Notes under the pieces: model-generated
Told to the model about the DNA's origin: nothing
The model's database searches: none
Seen by the model: the letters and a program-made list of their open reading frames with translations, nothing else
DNA from: a virus
Taxonomy: Duplodnaviria > Caudoviricetes
Virus record (IMG/VR): IMGVR_UViG_3300037790_000007
Location: 1-41,989 of that record
Direction: 5' to 3' (one strand)
DNA: 41,989 nt
Shown: positions 1-7,315 of the stretch, one piece after another
Layout of the letters: each line of letters starts with the position of its first letter
Numbering within the stretch: the stretch's first letter is position 1
Translations under genes and position numbers: made by a program

Positions 1-2
1 TG

Positions 3-434
3 ACAGTGACCGAGGGCGGAGCGTACAACGACGCAGGGGCGACGGCTTCGGACGATGTAGACGGCGATCTTACTTCTTCGATCGTAGTCACTAACCCGGT
101 AGACCCTAACACGGTAGGCACTTACACAGTCCGTTATAACGTTTCAGACAGTGCGGGCAATGCCGCCGACGAAGTAACGAGAACGGTCGAAGTTGTCGCC
201 ACGGTTATTCAATCAACGATCCTTTTATCGTTACCGGGGATCCCGGACGGCGCGCACGACGTTGTAATTGTTGACCGGGTCGGCGGGATCAATCTAACCG
301 TTGAGGGTGTAACGTTCGCGAACGGAACCGGGTCGGCGCTTATTCCGTTGGCTATTGGTTCGGCGGTCGATTACTATACTTACAACGAAACGACCCGCGA
401 AGCCGGGCTACAAGTCGAGGGCATAACACAATGA
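3..434 (+). CDS. C-terminal part (5'-truncated) of the SGNH esterase/Ig-like repeat protein starting at 39763: last DUF5011-type repeat plus a ~75-aa beta-rich tail
   Basis: Frame open from base 3. [29 protein letters not shown]...[27 protein letters not shown] is a diverged copy of the 83-aa unit at 41614-41862. The GTG at 6 is internal, not a real start. Confidence 0.8.
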   Translation, partial: TVTEGGAYNDAGATASDDVDGDLTSSIVVTNPVDPNTVGTYTVRYNVSDSAGNAADEVTRTVEVVATVIQSTILLSLPGIPDGAHDVVIVDRVGGINLTVEGVTFANGTGSALIPLAIGSAVDYYTYNETTREAGLQVEGITQ

Positions 435-823
435 TTTTAGGCCAATGGGGAACGCTCGGTGTTTACGGTGTCGAAGCCGTAACGCCGCCCGTCGGTGCGC
501 TATCCGACGGTATTAACGGCGAGGTTGACGTCAACCCGCGCGCCGTGTCTGTAAAATTCTCGAACCCGGTTAAGGTTGGAGGCGTCGCAGTTTACCGGCT
601 TAACATGCCGGTTGACTGGGTCGGAGAGTCGGCGATCACAGACATAGCCGCGAGCGTTCGAGGCGGCGGCGCAGCCGTTGAGGCCGTCGCAACGTCGGGC
701 CGTGTGGTCGAATTTAGGGTGCGCGGCGTTGCTAAGTCATTCACGCCGGTAAGCCTTAGTTTTACCGCAGGGAACCGCGTTGCGTGCCTTGCGTGCTATG
801 TTAAGGTTGCAAGCTGTCACTAG
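431..823 (+). CDS. hypothetical beta-rich protein, possibly virion/tail associated
   Basis: 130-aa ORF with ATGA overlap on the upstream gene; Val/Gly-rich; no family recognised. Confidence 0.6.
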   Translation: MILGQWGTLGVYGVEAVTPPVGALSDGINGEVDVNPRAVSVKFSNPVKVGGVAVYRLNMPVDWVGESAITDIAASVRGGGAAVEAVATSGRVVEFRVRGVAKSFTPVSLSFTAGNRVACLACYVKVASCH

Positions 824-851
824 GCTATAATAAGAAAGGAGGCGATCGATC

Positions 852-1217
852 ATGCCGTTCGATTTTAAAAGCGTTTTATACGGGGCGATAATCACGGCGA
901 TCGTCGCCGGTTTGGTAGGAATGGTTTTTGCTCGCCTTAAGAAGTCCGCCCCGATAACCGAAGCCGAGGCGCAGAAAATCGCCGACGGTGCCGCTGAAAA
1001 AATGGGGGCGCAGATTCGAAAGGAATGCGCCGGGCAGCACGCCGAGATCAAGAAAGCGATCGAGGCCGCTACCCGAGCGAGTGACAAAAGAGACGACGAA
1101 GTCCGCGACGACTTTCGGCGACTGGGCGAAACTATGCTGGCCGCCGTAGACAAACAAGACGCGCGACTAACCGAACTAACGATGCACCTTTTAAACCAAA
1201 GGGGTGAGAAGCAATGA
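852..1217 (+). CDS. putative holin-like membrane protein (one N-terminal TM helix plus helical C-terminal domain)
   Basis: Strong RBS AAGGAGG at 836-842; hydrophobic VLYGAIITAIVAGLVGMVFA followed by RLKK; first gene of the ATGA-chained cassette containing the endolysin. The holin role is inferred from position. Confidence 0.55.
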   Translation: MPFDFKSVLYGAIITAIVAGLVGMVFARLKKSAPITEAEAQKIADGAAEKMGAQIRKECAGQHAEIKKAIEAATRASDKRDDEVRDDFRRLGETMLAAVDKQDARLTELTMHLLNQRGEKQ

Positions 1218-1666
1218 CCACCGTATTATTGATAGACGACGACGTCGTCAGCCTTGAAATGATCACCGAGGCAATGAAAGCGGAGGGCTACAACGCGATC
1301 GCCCTCACTGACCCGGAACGCGCGATCGAGGTCGCCGTAGAGTTAAAACCCGATTTTATTATTATCGACATAATCATGCCGAATAAATCCGGGCTTGAAC
1401 TTTGCCGGGACTTTAAACTCAACCCGGCCACCCGCGAGATCCCGATCATGTTTCTAAGCGCCTCGGACGACGTCAACCACGCGATCGCCTCGCTTCATTT
1501 GGGTTGTGTTGATTACTTGCGTAAACCGATACGCGCCGGGCAACTCGCCGACGTTATCCGCAAACATGATATGATCCGGGAGATCGCGCAAGTATGGCAA
1601 CCCGCCCGGCGCGAACTGCAGAGCATTGTCGAAAAGTATCGAAACCCGAGGGGATCCGCAGCATGA
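1214..1666 (+). CDS. single-domain response regulator (CheY-like receiver domain)
   Basis: VLLIDDD (D8-D10), PDFIIIDIIMP (phosphoacceptor D52), SGLELC, PIMFLSA (S82), DYLRKP (Y101, K104-P105); ~30-aa C-terminal helix, no output domain. Confidence 0.93.
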   Translation: MTTVLLIDDDVVSLEMITEAMKAEGYNAIALTDPERAIEVAVELKPDFIIIDIIMPNKSGLELCRDFKLNPATREIPIMFLSASDDVNHAIASLHLGCVDYLRKPIRAGQLADVIRKHDMIREIAQVWQPARRELQSIVEKYRNPRGSAA

Positions 1667-2172
1667 AAAAAGCCGACATAATTAAACGCATTATCGAACG
1701 CGAGGGCGGTTTTTCAGACCACCCGAACGACGCCGGGGGCGCTACCCGCTACGGCATAACCGAGAAGACCGCCCGCCGCCACGGCTACGAGGGCGACATG
1801 GCGGATCTACCTTACGATCTCGCCGTTTCGATATACTCAGGCGAATACTGGGACACAGTCAACGCCTCGAAACTTCCCGCCAACGTCCGCGAACAAGTCG
1901 TAGATTTTTGTGTTGTCGCCGGGCCATTCCAAGCGGGGCGCGCACTACAACGCGCGGTAAACGCTTTTAGCCGTGGCACTAAGTTAGCGCTAAAAGAAGA
2001 CGGGATCGTCGGCAGCAAGACCGCAGCGGCCGCAAAAGAGGCAGACCCGGACGCGTTGCCGGTTGCGCTTCGTTCTTACATATCACAGTATTTTATTGCA
2101 CTGGCCCGGACTCGCCCGACTAACCGCGCGTTTTTGGACGGCTGGCTGTCAAAAAGGGTAGAACTACAATGA
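1663..2172 (+). CDS. endolysin, glycoside hydrolase family 108-like lysozyme with C-terminal peptidoglycan-binding region
   Basis: EREGGFSDHPNDAGGATRYGIT, LQRAVN, DGIVGSKT, FLDGWLSKRV. Start reassigned to ATG 1663 (ATGA overlap with the receiver gene). Confidence 0.92.
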   Translation: MKKADIIKRIIEREGGFSDHPNDAGGATRYGITEKTARRHGYEGDMADLPYDLAVSIYSGEYWDTVNASKLPANVREQVVDFCVVAGPFQAGRALQRAVNAFSRGTKLALKEDGIVGSKTAAAAKEADPDALPVALRSYISQYFIALARTRPTNRAFLDGWLSKRVELQ

Positions 2173-2396
2173 AACTGTTTTTATTAACCGTGCTTAAAAA
2201 TTTGGGTGCCGCTTTTCTTACTGAAAAAATGGCAATTTGGGGCGCTCGCATGGCCGCCAGCTTTACCACCAACAAGATCGACGACAATGTCGTAAACCTT
2301 ATCGCGGCGGCGTCAGCTAACGACCTGGAGGGGATGCGAAAGGCGATCGAAGCAATCGCCAACGAGATCAAGACCAAGGACGGCCAAGGCCTCTAA
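2169..2396 (+). CDS. small lysis-cassette protein (holin- or membrane-disruptor-like, uncertain)
   Basis: 75 aa, ATGA overlap with endolysin, hydrophobic/amphipathic N-terminus, no lipobox Cys. Confidence 0.5.
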   Translation: MKLFLLTVLKNLGAAFLTEKMAIWGARMAASFTTNKIDDNVVNLIAAASANDLEGMRKAIEAIANEIKTKDGQGL

Positions 2397-2694
2397 GTTC
2401 AACCGGGCGGCCTTTGCGCTTCGCGTCTTCCACCCCGGCACGCATACCCGAAGACCAGCCGAGATCGGTATATACGACCGTTTTCTCGGCCACGTCTCGC
2501 CATTCAAAACCGAGCGCTATGCCTTGCGCCCTTTCTTCGGGATCGTCGTCATTTAATACACCCGGTTGCGTTAAAAGGCCGTGTGAAGCGTACGGGCTTT
2601 CGTTACGCGTTACACAGTCGCGCATTGCCGCGCGTAAATAGTTCAAATTTTTCTCAACGTCGCCCGCGTATGGGCTTTCAATAATTACCCGCAT
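2368..2694 (-). CDS. nucleoside 2-deoxyribosyltransferase-like fold phage protein (DUF4406-like)
   Basis: VIIESPYAGD, ESPYASH, VVYTDLGWSSGMRAGV pattern typical of this small phage family. Confidence 0.6.
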   Translation of the reverse strand: MRVIIESPYAGDVEKNLNYLRAAMRDCVTRNESPYASHGLLTQPGVLNDDDPEERAQGIALGFEWRDVAEKTVVYTDLGWSSGMRAGVEDAKRKGRPVELRGLGRPWS

Positions 2695-2755
2695 GTTTTA
2701 CACTCTTATTGCGTTTCTTGCTATATGTATGCGCGCCAAGGACGGCGCACTCTTT

Positions 2756-3316
2756 TTAGAACGTCTTCCCGTGGGCTTTCGCCCTTTCTGATCGTTTATG
2801 ATCTTGGCGGTTTTTGTTGTACGCCAGCTTTTGTTCCAACGCCCCGAATAAATCGTAGTCGTTCCGCTCGGCAACAAAAATAATACTATCAACTAGCGTA
2901 TGGTATAGGTGTTCGATCGAACGTGCCGCCGTTGGTACTAATTGCGCCAGATGAACCTCGCGAGCAAAGTCGATAAGCGCGCCGTTTATGCCTAAGTGTT
3001 GCGCGCCGATCGTATCGTGTTCACAGAAAGGATCCACGCTCGCCCCGGCTTTTTCCGGGTTGTATTTAATGCAGTATCGCCCGGCAACGTCCAGCGTACG
3101 GATCAGCGCGTCGGCCAGTTCCACCTCGCCCATTTTGCGATCGGGCAGGTGGTCGTCGTTAAGGTCTTTTCGTTCGCCCTCGGTCGCTTCGGCTACTTCG
3201 GTGCTAACAAGTTGTAAGGTTTGTAATAGGCAACGGTTCGGATCGTCCCACCAGCCGACAGCCTTGTTTTGTTCATAGATACGGGCGGCCAGTTCGTTTA
3301 AATTAATGTTTGACAT
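2756..3316 (-). CDS. MazG-like nucleoside triphosphate pyrophosphohydrolase
   Basis: LVSTEVAEATEGERK...EVELADALIRTLD acidic ExxE/ExxD helices; C-terminal EQKLAYNKNR. Confidence 0.8.
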   Translation of the reverse strand: MSNINLNELAARIYEQNKAVGWWDDPNRCLLQTLQLVSTEVAEATEGERKDLNDDHLPDRKMGEVELADALIRTLDVAGRYCIKYNPEKAGASVDPFCEHDTIGAQHLGINGALIDFAREVHLAQLVPTAARSIEHLYHTLVDSIIFVAERNDYDLFGALEQKLAYNKNRQDHKRSERAKAHGKTF

Positions 3317-3617
3317 TGTCTTCGGTTCCTTTTGCGTTTTCGATTGCTTGAATAAAACGGGTTGCGCTTTCAGTGAACGACGCCGCGTTCGCTTGCTTAT
3401 ACCCGGTCGTGTGGATCTGATCTAGCGTGCGCTTAACTTGAAGTTTTAACGCGTTTTCGTTCGGTGCGTTGCGACATATCGCTGCAGCAACGAGCGCCGA
3501 GGCCGTCGCGATAATGTGCACGACGTCGGACGGGCTTTTCGTCTCGCATAGCTTAAGCGCCAAGCCGACCGCCTCGGCGTTTAGTTTGTTAAGGTGTGCC
3601 ACTAGTTGTTCGTCCAT
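3303..3617 (-). CDS. hypothetical protein
   Basis: 104-aa ORF overlapping both neighbours in the leftward operon. Confidence 0.6.
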   Translation of the reverse strand: MDEQLVAHLNKLNAEAVGLALKLCETKSPSDVVHIIATASALVAAAICRNAPNENALKLQVKRTLDQIHTTGYKQANAASFTESATRFIQAIENAKGTEDNVKH

Positions 3618-3889
3618 TGTTGGATCCTCGTTTTGTCTTCTTCAATTTCGTTTATGATTTTAGCGAATACTTTAAACGCCGCCGGGTTAGCGACCAAGTG
3701 TTCGCCGAGTTCGTCGAACCGTTCCGGGTCGGGTATCGCCTCGGCCGCCTCGCTTACTAGGTCGACCGCTTCGGTTACGCGTTCGAGGCATTCGATCAGG
3801 TCTTCGCGAAAGTTCGGGCCGTATGGCGCCACGTCTTCGCCGTACTTCACAGACTCGATCAGCCTCGCGATCTTTTGGCTTAAGTTCAC
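3602..3889 (-). CDS. hypothetical protein
   Basis: 95-aa helical ORF tightly packed downstream of the polymerase. Confidence 0.6.
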   Translation of the reverse strand: MNLSQKIARLIESVKYGEDVAPYGPNFREDLIECLERVTEAVDLVSEAAEAIPDPERFDELGEHLVANPAAFKVFAKIINEIEEDKTRIQQWTNN

Positions 3890-3895
3890 AGTCGA

Positions 3896-6373
3896 TTAAT
3901 CCTTTTGATAGCGTTCATGTTCCCACCCGTCGGCTTTAATCGGCCACCACGACGCCCACGCGGGACGCTCGGACATTATCGCCGCCATTTCTTGCCAAGA
4001 GCCGCGCCCGTGTTCCACCTCGGCTATTATTTCATCGTGCGTGTGCATTACGACGGGATAACCGGCGCGCTCAACGCGTACCAGTGCTTCGGCTTGAATA
4101 TCCGCCGCCACGGCTTGCGTTACGTTTTCAGCAAGTCGGCCGCCGTAGGTGTCTTTTACAATCCAGCCGATCGGGCCTTTTTGTGAATTGGTGTTGTACC
4201 CCTCGAACGTGATTTTTACGCACGGGCCGCGCTTCAGCTTGTCTTCGTCCGGGATCAGCTTCGGCCGGTGATAGTGGAGAAAACGCCCGGACGGTAAACG
4301 TAAATATAAAACGTCGCCGCGCTTATCGTACGCCATTGTGATCGGGCCAACGTCGTAATATTTGCCGGGGTTGCGTACCGCTGCAATGAAAGCGCCCTCT
4401 AATCCGAACAATTCGGGCACGGCGTCCCACGGTTTCGGGCCTATTTGTCGGAACTGGCCGCCCCAAAATTCGACGATCTCGGGCGAGGCTTCGCGCCACT
4501 TCACGATCAATTGTTTAAGTTCGTCGTCGGATTGTGTCGCGCCGAATGCTTTCCACGCGCCTATCCAGCCGCCGTACCCGCTCGCCAACTCGGCGACTTT
4601 ACCGACCTTTTTCCGATCCGGGTGGTGCGTGCCGTTTTGTTTCTTGTAATCTAAGTAATATTCAAGCGAGTTGCCCGTTATAGCCGCCGCGCTCATTTCG
4701 TATATTTTGCCGTGCGTTGCGAATACGTCGATCCGCCATTGGCACCCCGATAAGCACGCAAGGACGACGGCCTCGATCGCCGAGAAGTCACAGCATATTA
4801 AACGCTTGCGCTCGCTGGCTTTAAACAGCCCGCGCAAACAGCCGGTTATTGTTTCGACCGCGTCAACCCATAAGCCCGCGAATAAATCAGGCTTATCGTA
4901 ATAACGGTTTATGTCTTCGATAGCCGCGACCATTGGATCGATCAGCCAGTCGACGAGCGGAGTATTATCGGATCCGCATTCCGGGCACGCGTTCGGGTGT
5001 TCAAGCGTTTTTATGCCGTCGCCAAAGTAGCGGCCGCAATCGCCGCACTGTCTTGTCTTCGGGCCTTTCGCTGTCAGGTTTTGCAATTGAACGCCACCTG
5101 CAGACCACCGGCCAGTCTGATCCGCGCCGCAATACATATATTGATCGCGTAGCCGGTTGTCGGAACTAAGCGAGCGGTCGAGGCTGAAAAGCTTTTTAAT
5201 ATTGGCACCGGCGAGCGCTTGGCGTATCTGCAGCACGCGTTCAACTTTACCGCCGCGAAATTGCGCGAACTTCGGCGCGTCGTCGTAGTCGACTGGGTGA
5301 ACGTTGACCAACTCGCCCGACATAATTTTTACGGCCTTGTCGATTTTCTGCAGACGCCCCTCGATCGTCTCGCCTTTAACGTCGGCGATCGGTAAGCCTT
5401 GCCCGTTCAACCATTCGCACATTTTAGCGGTTTCACCGACCGAGCCGACCGCGCCGCCGGTGATCTGCCCTAGTTCGACGGTTAGGCGCTTTTCCGTTTC
5501 TTTGTAAAGATGTAAGCAACGATCCAGCGTTACCCGGTCGACGAGTACGCCGCGCGCGTTTATGCGCTGATCCGTGATCCACGTTGCGCGCTCATAGTCG
5601 GACATATCCGGCAAATGTGCCGCGACCATGTCTTCGGCCGTTACGTCTTGCGGGCAATAAGAATACAGGCGTTTAAATTCGTCCGGGTGGGTCCAAGGCA
5701 AGCGGCGAAACTCGGGCCGGTTTTTGGTCGGCTTGTGCGGGCGGGTCAATTGCTGGATCAACTGCTTACCGTCTTTTTGCTTGCCCTCTAACCCGAGAAC
5801 TTTCGAACAAGCCGCCAACGATCCCGGCATTGAGAAACGGCGAGCGCGTGCCATGACGCAGACACCACGATCAAACGAGATCGGCGGCCAGCCGTAACGG
5901 CGTACGCACACCATGTTCCAGATCCACCACTCAAATGTGAAATTAAACGCCTCTAACCACCCGCCGTTCTTAACGTGTTCTAGTAAGTCGGTTGGCTCGG
6001 GCGTTAATCCGGGGATGAACCCGCGCACGCCCCGGCCGTCCTTAAGGTCGTAATACAAGCACAAAATTTCGGTGCTAGGGTGTTCAGCATAAACGGGCGT
6101 ACCCACAACCGGGAGGCCGCCCTTACCATTCGCGCCGATACCGCGAACCGTTTTTGTGACCCTGTCAACCGTGAAGCCCGCCTCGCTGTACGTCTCGAAG
6201 TCTAACGAGGGGCGAACGGTTGACGGGTACGCGCCGAGGCTTCGAATTTGTGTACCGTCCGGGATCTCATGTGGTGCCACTTCGTAAACGTGCCCCCAGT
6301 CTAGATCGCCCATTTGATCCGGGTTAGCGACAAAAGTGCAATCGCTTTCCGGGTGGTAAACTATAACGCCCAT
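3896..6373 (-). CDS. family A DNA polymerase with 3'-5' exonuclease domain
   Basis: Exo I LDFETYS; TGRWSAGGVQLQNL; motif A CDFSAIEAVVLA; motif B RKKVGKVAELASGYGG; motif C VMHTHDEII. Confidence 0.95.
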   Translation of the reverse strand: MGVIVYHPESDCTFVANPDQMGDLDWGHVYEVAPHEIPDGTQIRSLGAYPSTVRPSLDFETYSEAGFTVDRVTKTVRGIGANGKGGLPVVGTPVYAEHPSTEILCLYYDLKDGRGVRGFIPGLTPEPTDLLEHVKNGGWLEAFNFTFEWWIWNMVCVRRYGWPPISFDRGVCVMARARRFSMPGSLAACSKVLGLEGKQKDGKQLIQQLTRPHKPTKNRPEFRRLPWTHPDEFKRLYSYCPQDVTAEDMVAAHLPDMSDYERATWITDQRINARGVLVDRVTLDRCLHLYKETEKRLTVELGQITGGAVGSVGETAKMCEWLNGQGLPIADVKGETIEGRLQKIDKAVKIMSGELVNVHPVDYDDAPKFAQFRGGKVERVLQIRQALAGANIKKLFSLDRSLSSDNRLRDQYMYCGADQTGRWSAGGVQLQNLTAKGPKTRQCGDCGRYFGDGIKTLEHPNACPECGSDNTPLVDWLIDPMVAAIEDINRYYDKPDLFAGLWVDAVETITGCLRGLFKASERKRLICCDFSAIEAVVLACLSGCQWRIDVFATHGKIYEMSAAAITGNSLEYYLDYKKQNGTHHPDRKKVGKVAELASGYGGWIGAWKAFGATQSDDELKQLIVKWREASPEIVEFWGGQFRQIGPKPWDAVPELFGLEGAFIAAVRNPGKYYDVGPITMAYDKRGDVLYLRLPSGRFLHYHRPKLIPDEDKLKRGPCVKITFEGYNTNSQKGPIGWIVKDTYGGRLAENVTQAVAADIQAEALVRVERAGYPVVMHTHDEIIAEVEHGRGSWQEMAAIMSERPAWASWWPIKADGWEHERYQKD

Positions 6374-6375
6374 GT

Positions 6376-6609
6376 TCAGCCCTTATCCGCCACGCGGCGG
6401 TCTGTCATTGCGTCGGCAAAGTCGCCGCGCTTTTTGTCGTAGTACCACGATCCGCCGTGGAGCTCGTCGAGTTCGTCGCAGCGTTTCGCGCGTCGTCTTT
6501 CTTCGCGCTTTTGCGCCCTTTCGTCGCCCAAGAATAACAGGTACGTAATGAAGCCCGCCGCAGAAAGCGCCACAAGCAACGCCAACGCGTTAATAAAAAA
6601 TTGTTGCAT
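6376..6609 (-). CDS. small membrane protein
   Basis: N-terminal TM FFINALALLVALSAAGFITYLLFL then a charged tail; stop 2 nt before the polymerase start. Confidence 0.6.
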   Translation of the reverse strand: MQQFFINALALLVALSAAGFITYLLFLGDERAQKREERRRAKRCDELDELHGGSWYYDKKRGDFADAMTDRRVADKG

Positions 6610-6611
6610 GG

Positions 6612-6713
6612 TTATCGCCCCGAATAGCTGTAATCATCAGAGGATAGCGCAGGGACGCGAGAAAGCGCCCTGAACAGCCCGAGAAGAAGCAAAAGCCCGA
6701 AAAAAGTTAGCAT
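6612..6713 (-). CDS. possible 33-aa membrane peptide (not in ORF track)
   Basis: MLTFFGLLLLLGLFRALSRVPALSSDDYSYSGR; fills the gap between two leftward genes. Confidence 0.35.
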   Translation of the reverse strand: MLTFFGLLLLLGLFRALSRVPALSSDDYSYSGR

Positions 6714-7276
6714 ACCCGGCCCGCCTTTTTCATAAGTGCGCGTATTGTTTGCATCGTGTAGCGCGCTTGGTGCCTGGCGTCGTCTATCGCAACATGCCGA
6801 ACGCCCTCGAATGGTAGAACGTTTTTAAAGTCCGGCAGGGTGCACAGTTCGCCCAACTCAACGATCGTTCTAACGTCGCGTTCGTTCCAAAATTCCCACG
6901 GCACCGCGTACCCGTGGCGCTCAAACATGCGCTTGATCTTCGTTATGTCGAACGTCGCGCCGTTACCCCATATACGAAAATCATTGTAAAAGTTGCGGAG
7001 GTATCGATCCAACTTCGCCACCGCGTCGGCTTCGCTTATTACTTCTTTAGGGCGAAAAACGCGGGCTTGTGCTTCGCGCGATTGCTCGCTCCACCATTTG
7101 ACGGTTCGAGGGCATATTGTCCCGCCGCTTGTGTTGGCGTCGATTATAACCTCAATGCCGGGGATCTCTTTCATATCGCTTTTAATGCCGTATAGCGCGA
7201 CGCTTAAGATCTTGGCATCGTCGCCAGTCCCGAGGTTTTCGAGATCCGCGAAAATGTGTACGGGTAATCTTTCCAT
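6707..7276 (-). CDS. DEDDh 3'-5' exonuclease (Rv2179c/exonuclease VIII-like)
   Basis: IFADLENLG, IWGNGATFDI, PWEFWNERDVRT, HVAIDDARHQA. Confidence 0.85.
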   Translation of the reverse strand: MERLPVHIFADLENLGTGDDAKILSVALYGIKSDMKEIPGIEVIIDANTSGGTICPRTVKWWSEQSREAQARVFRPKEVISEADAVAKLDRYLRNFYNDFRIWGNGATFDITKIKRMFERHGYAVPWEFWNERDVRTIVELGELCTLPDFKNVLPFEGVRHVAIDDARHQARYTMQTIRALMKKAGRVC

Positions 7277-7315
7277 ATTGAAACAGCCCGGCTTAACACC
7301 GGGCCGCCTTTCGTT

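Noticed and set aside
1-195. Similarity between window start and end as a direct terminal repeat or DGR template/variable pair
   Set aside because: Copies are not identical, differences are mostly synonymous and not adenine-specific, and no reverse transcriptase is present.
852-1217. Membrane protein as the cognate histidine kinase of the receiver
   Set aside because: Only 121 aa, with no H-box or ATP-binding N/G boxes.
4540-4570. GAWKAFGA in the polymerase as another copy of the shared TAxAF motif
   Set aside because: Lies in the folded fingers region right after motif B, not in a linker, and matches poorly.
7286-7304. Hairpin with CTTAACA loop, also seen after the capsid gene near 26290-26325
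   Set aside because: Opposite orientation relative to transcription in the two places and too short to separate from chance; probably ordinary stabilising or weak terminator hairpins.
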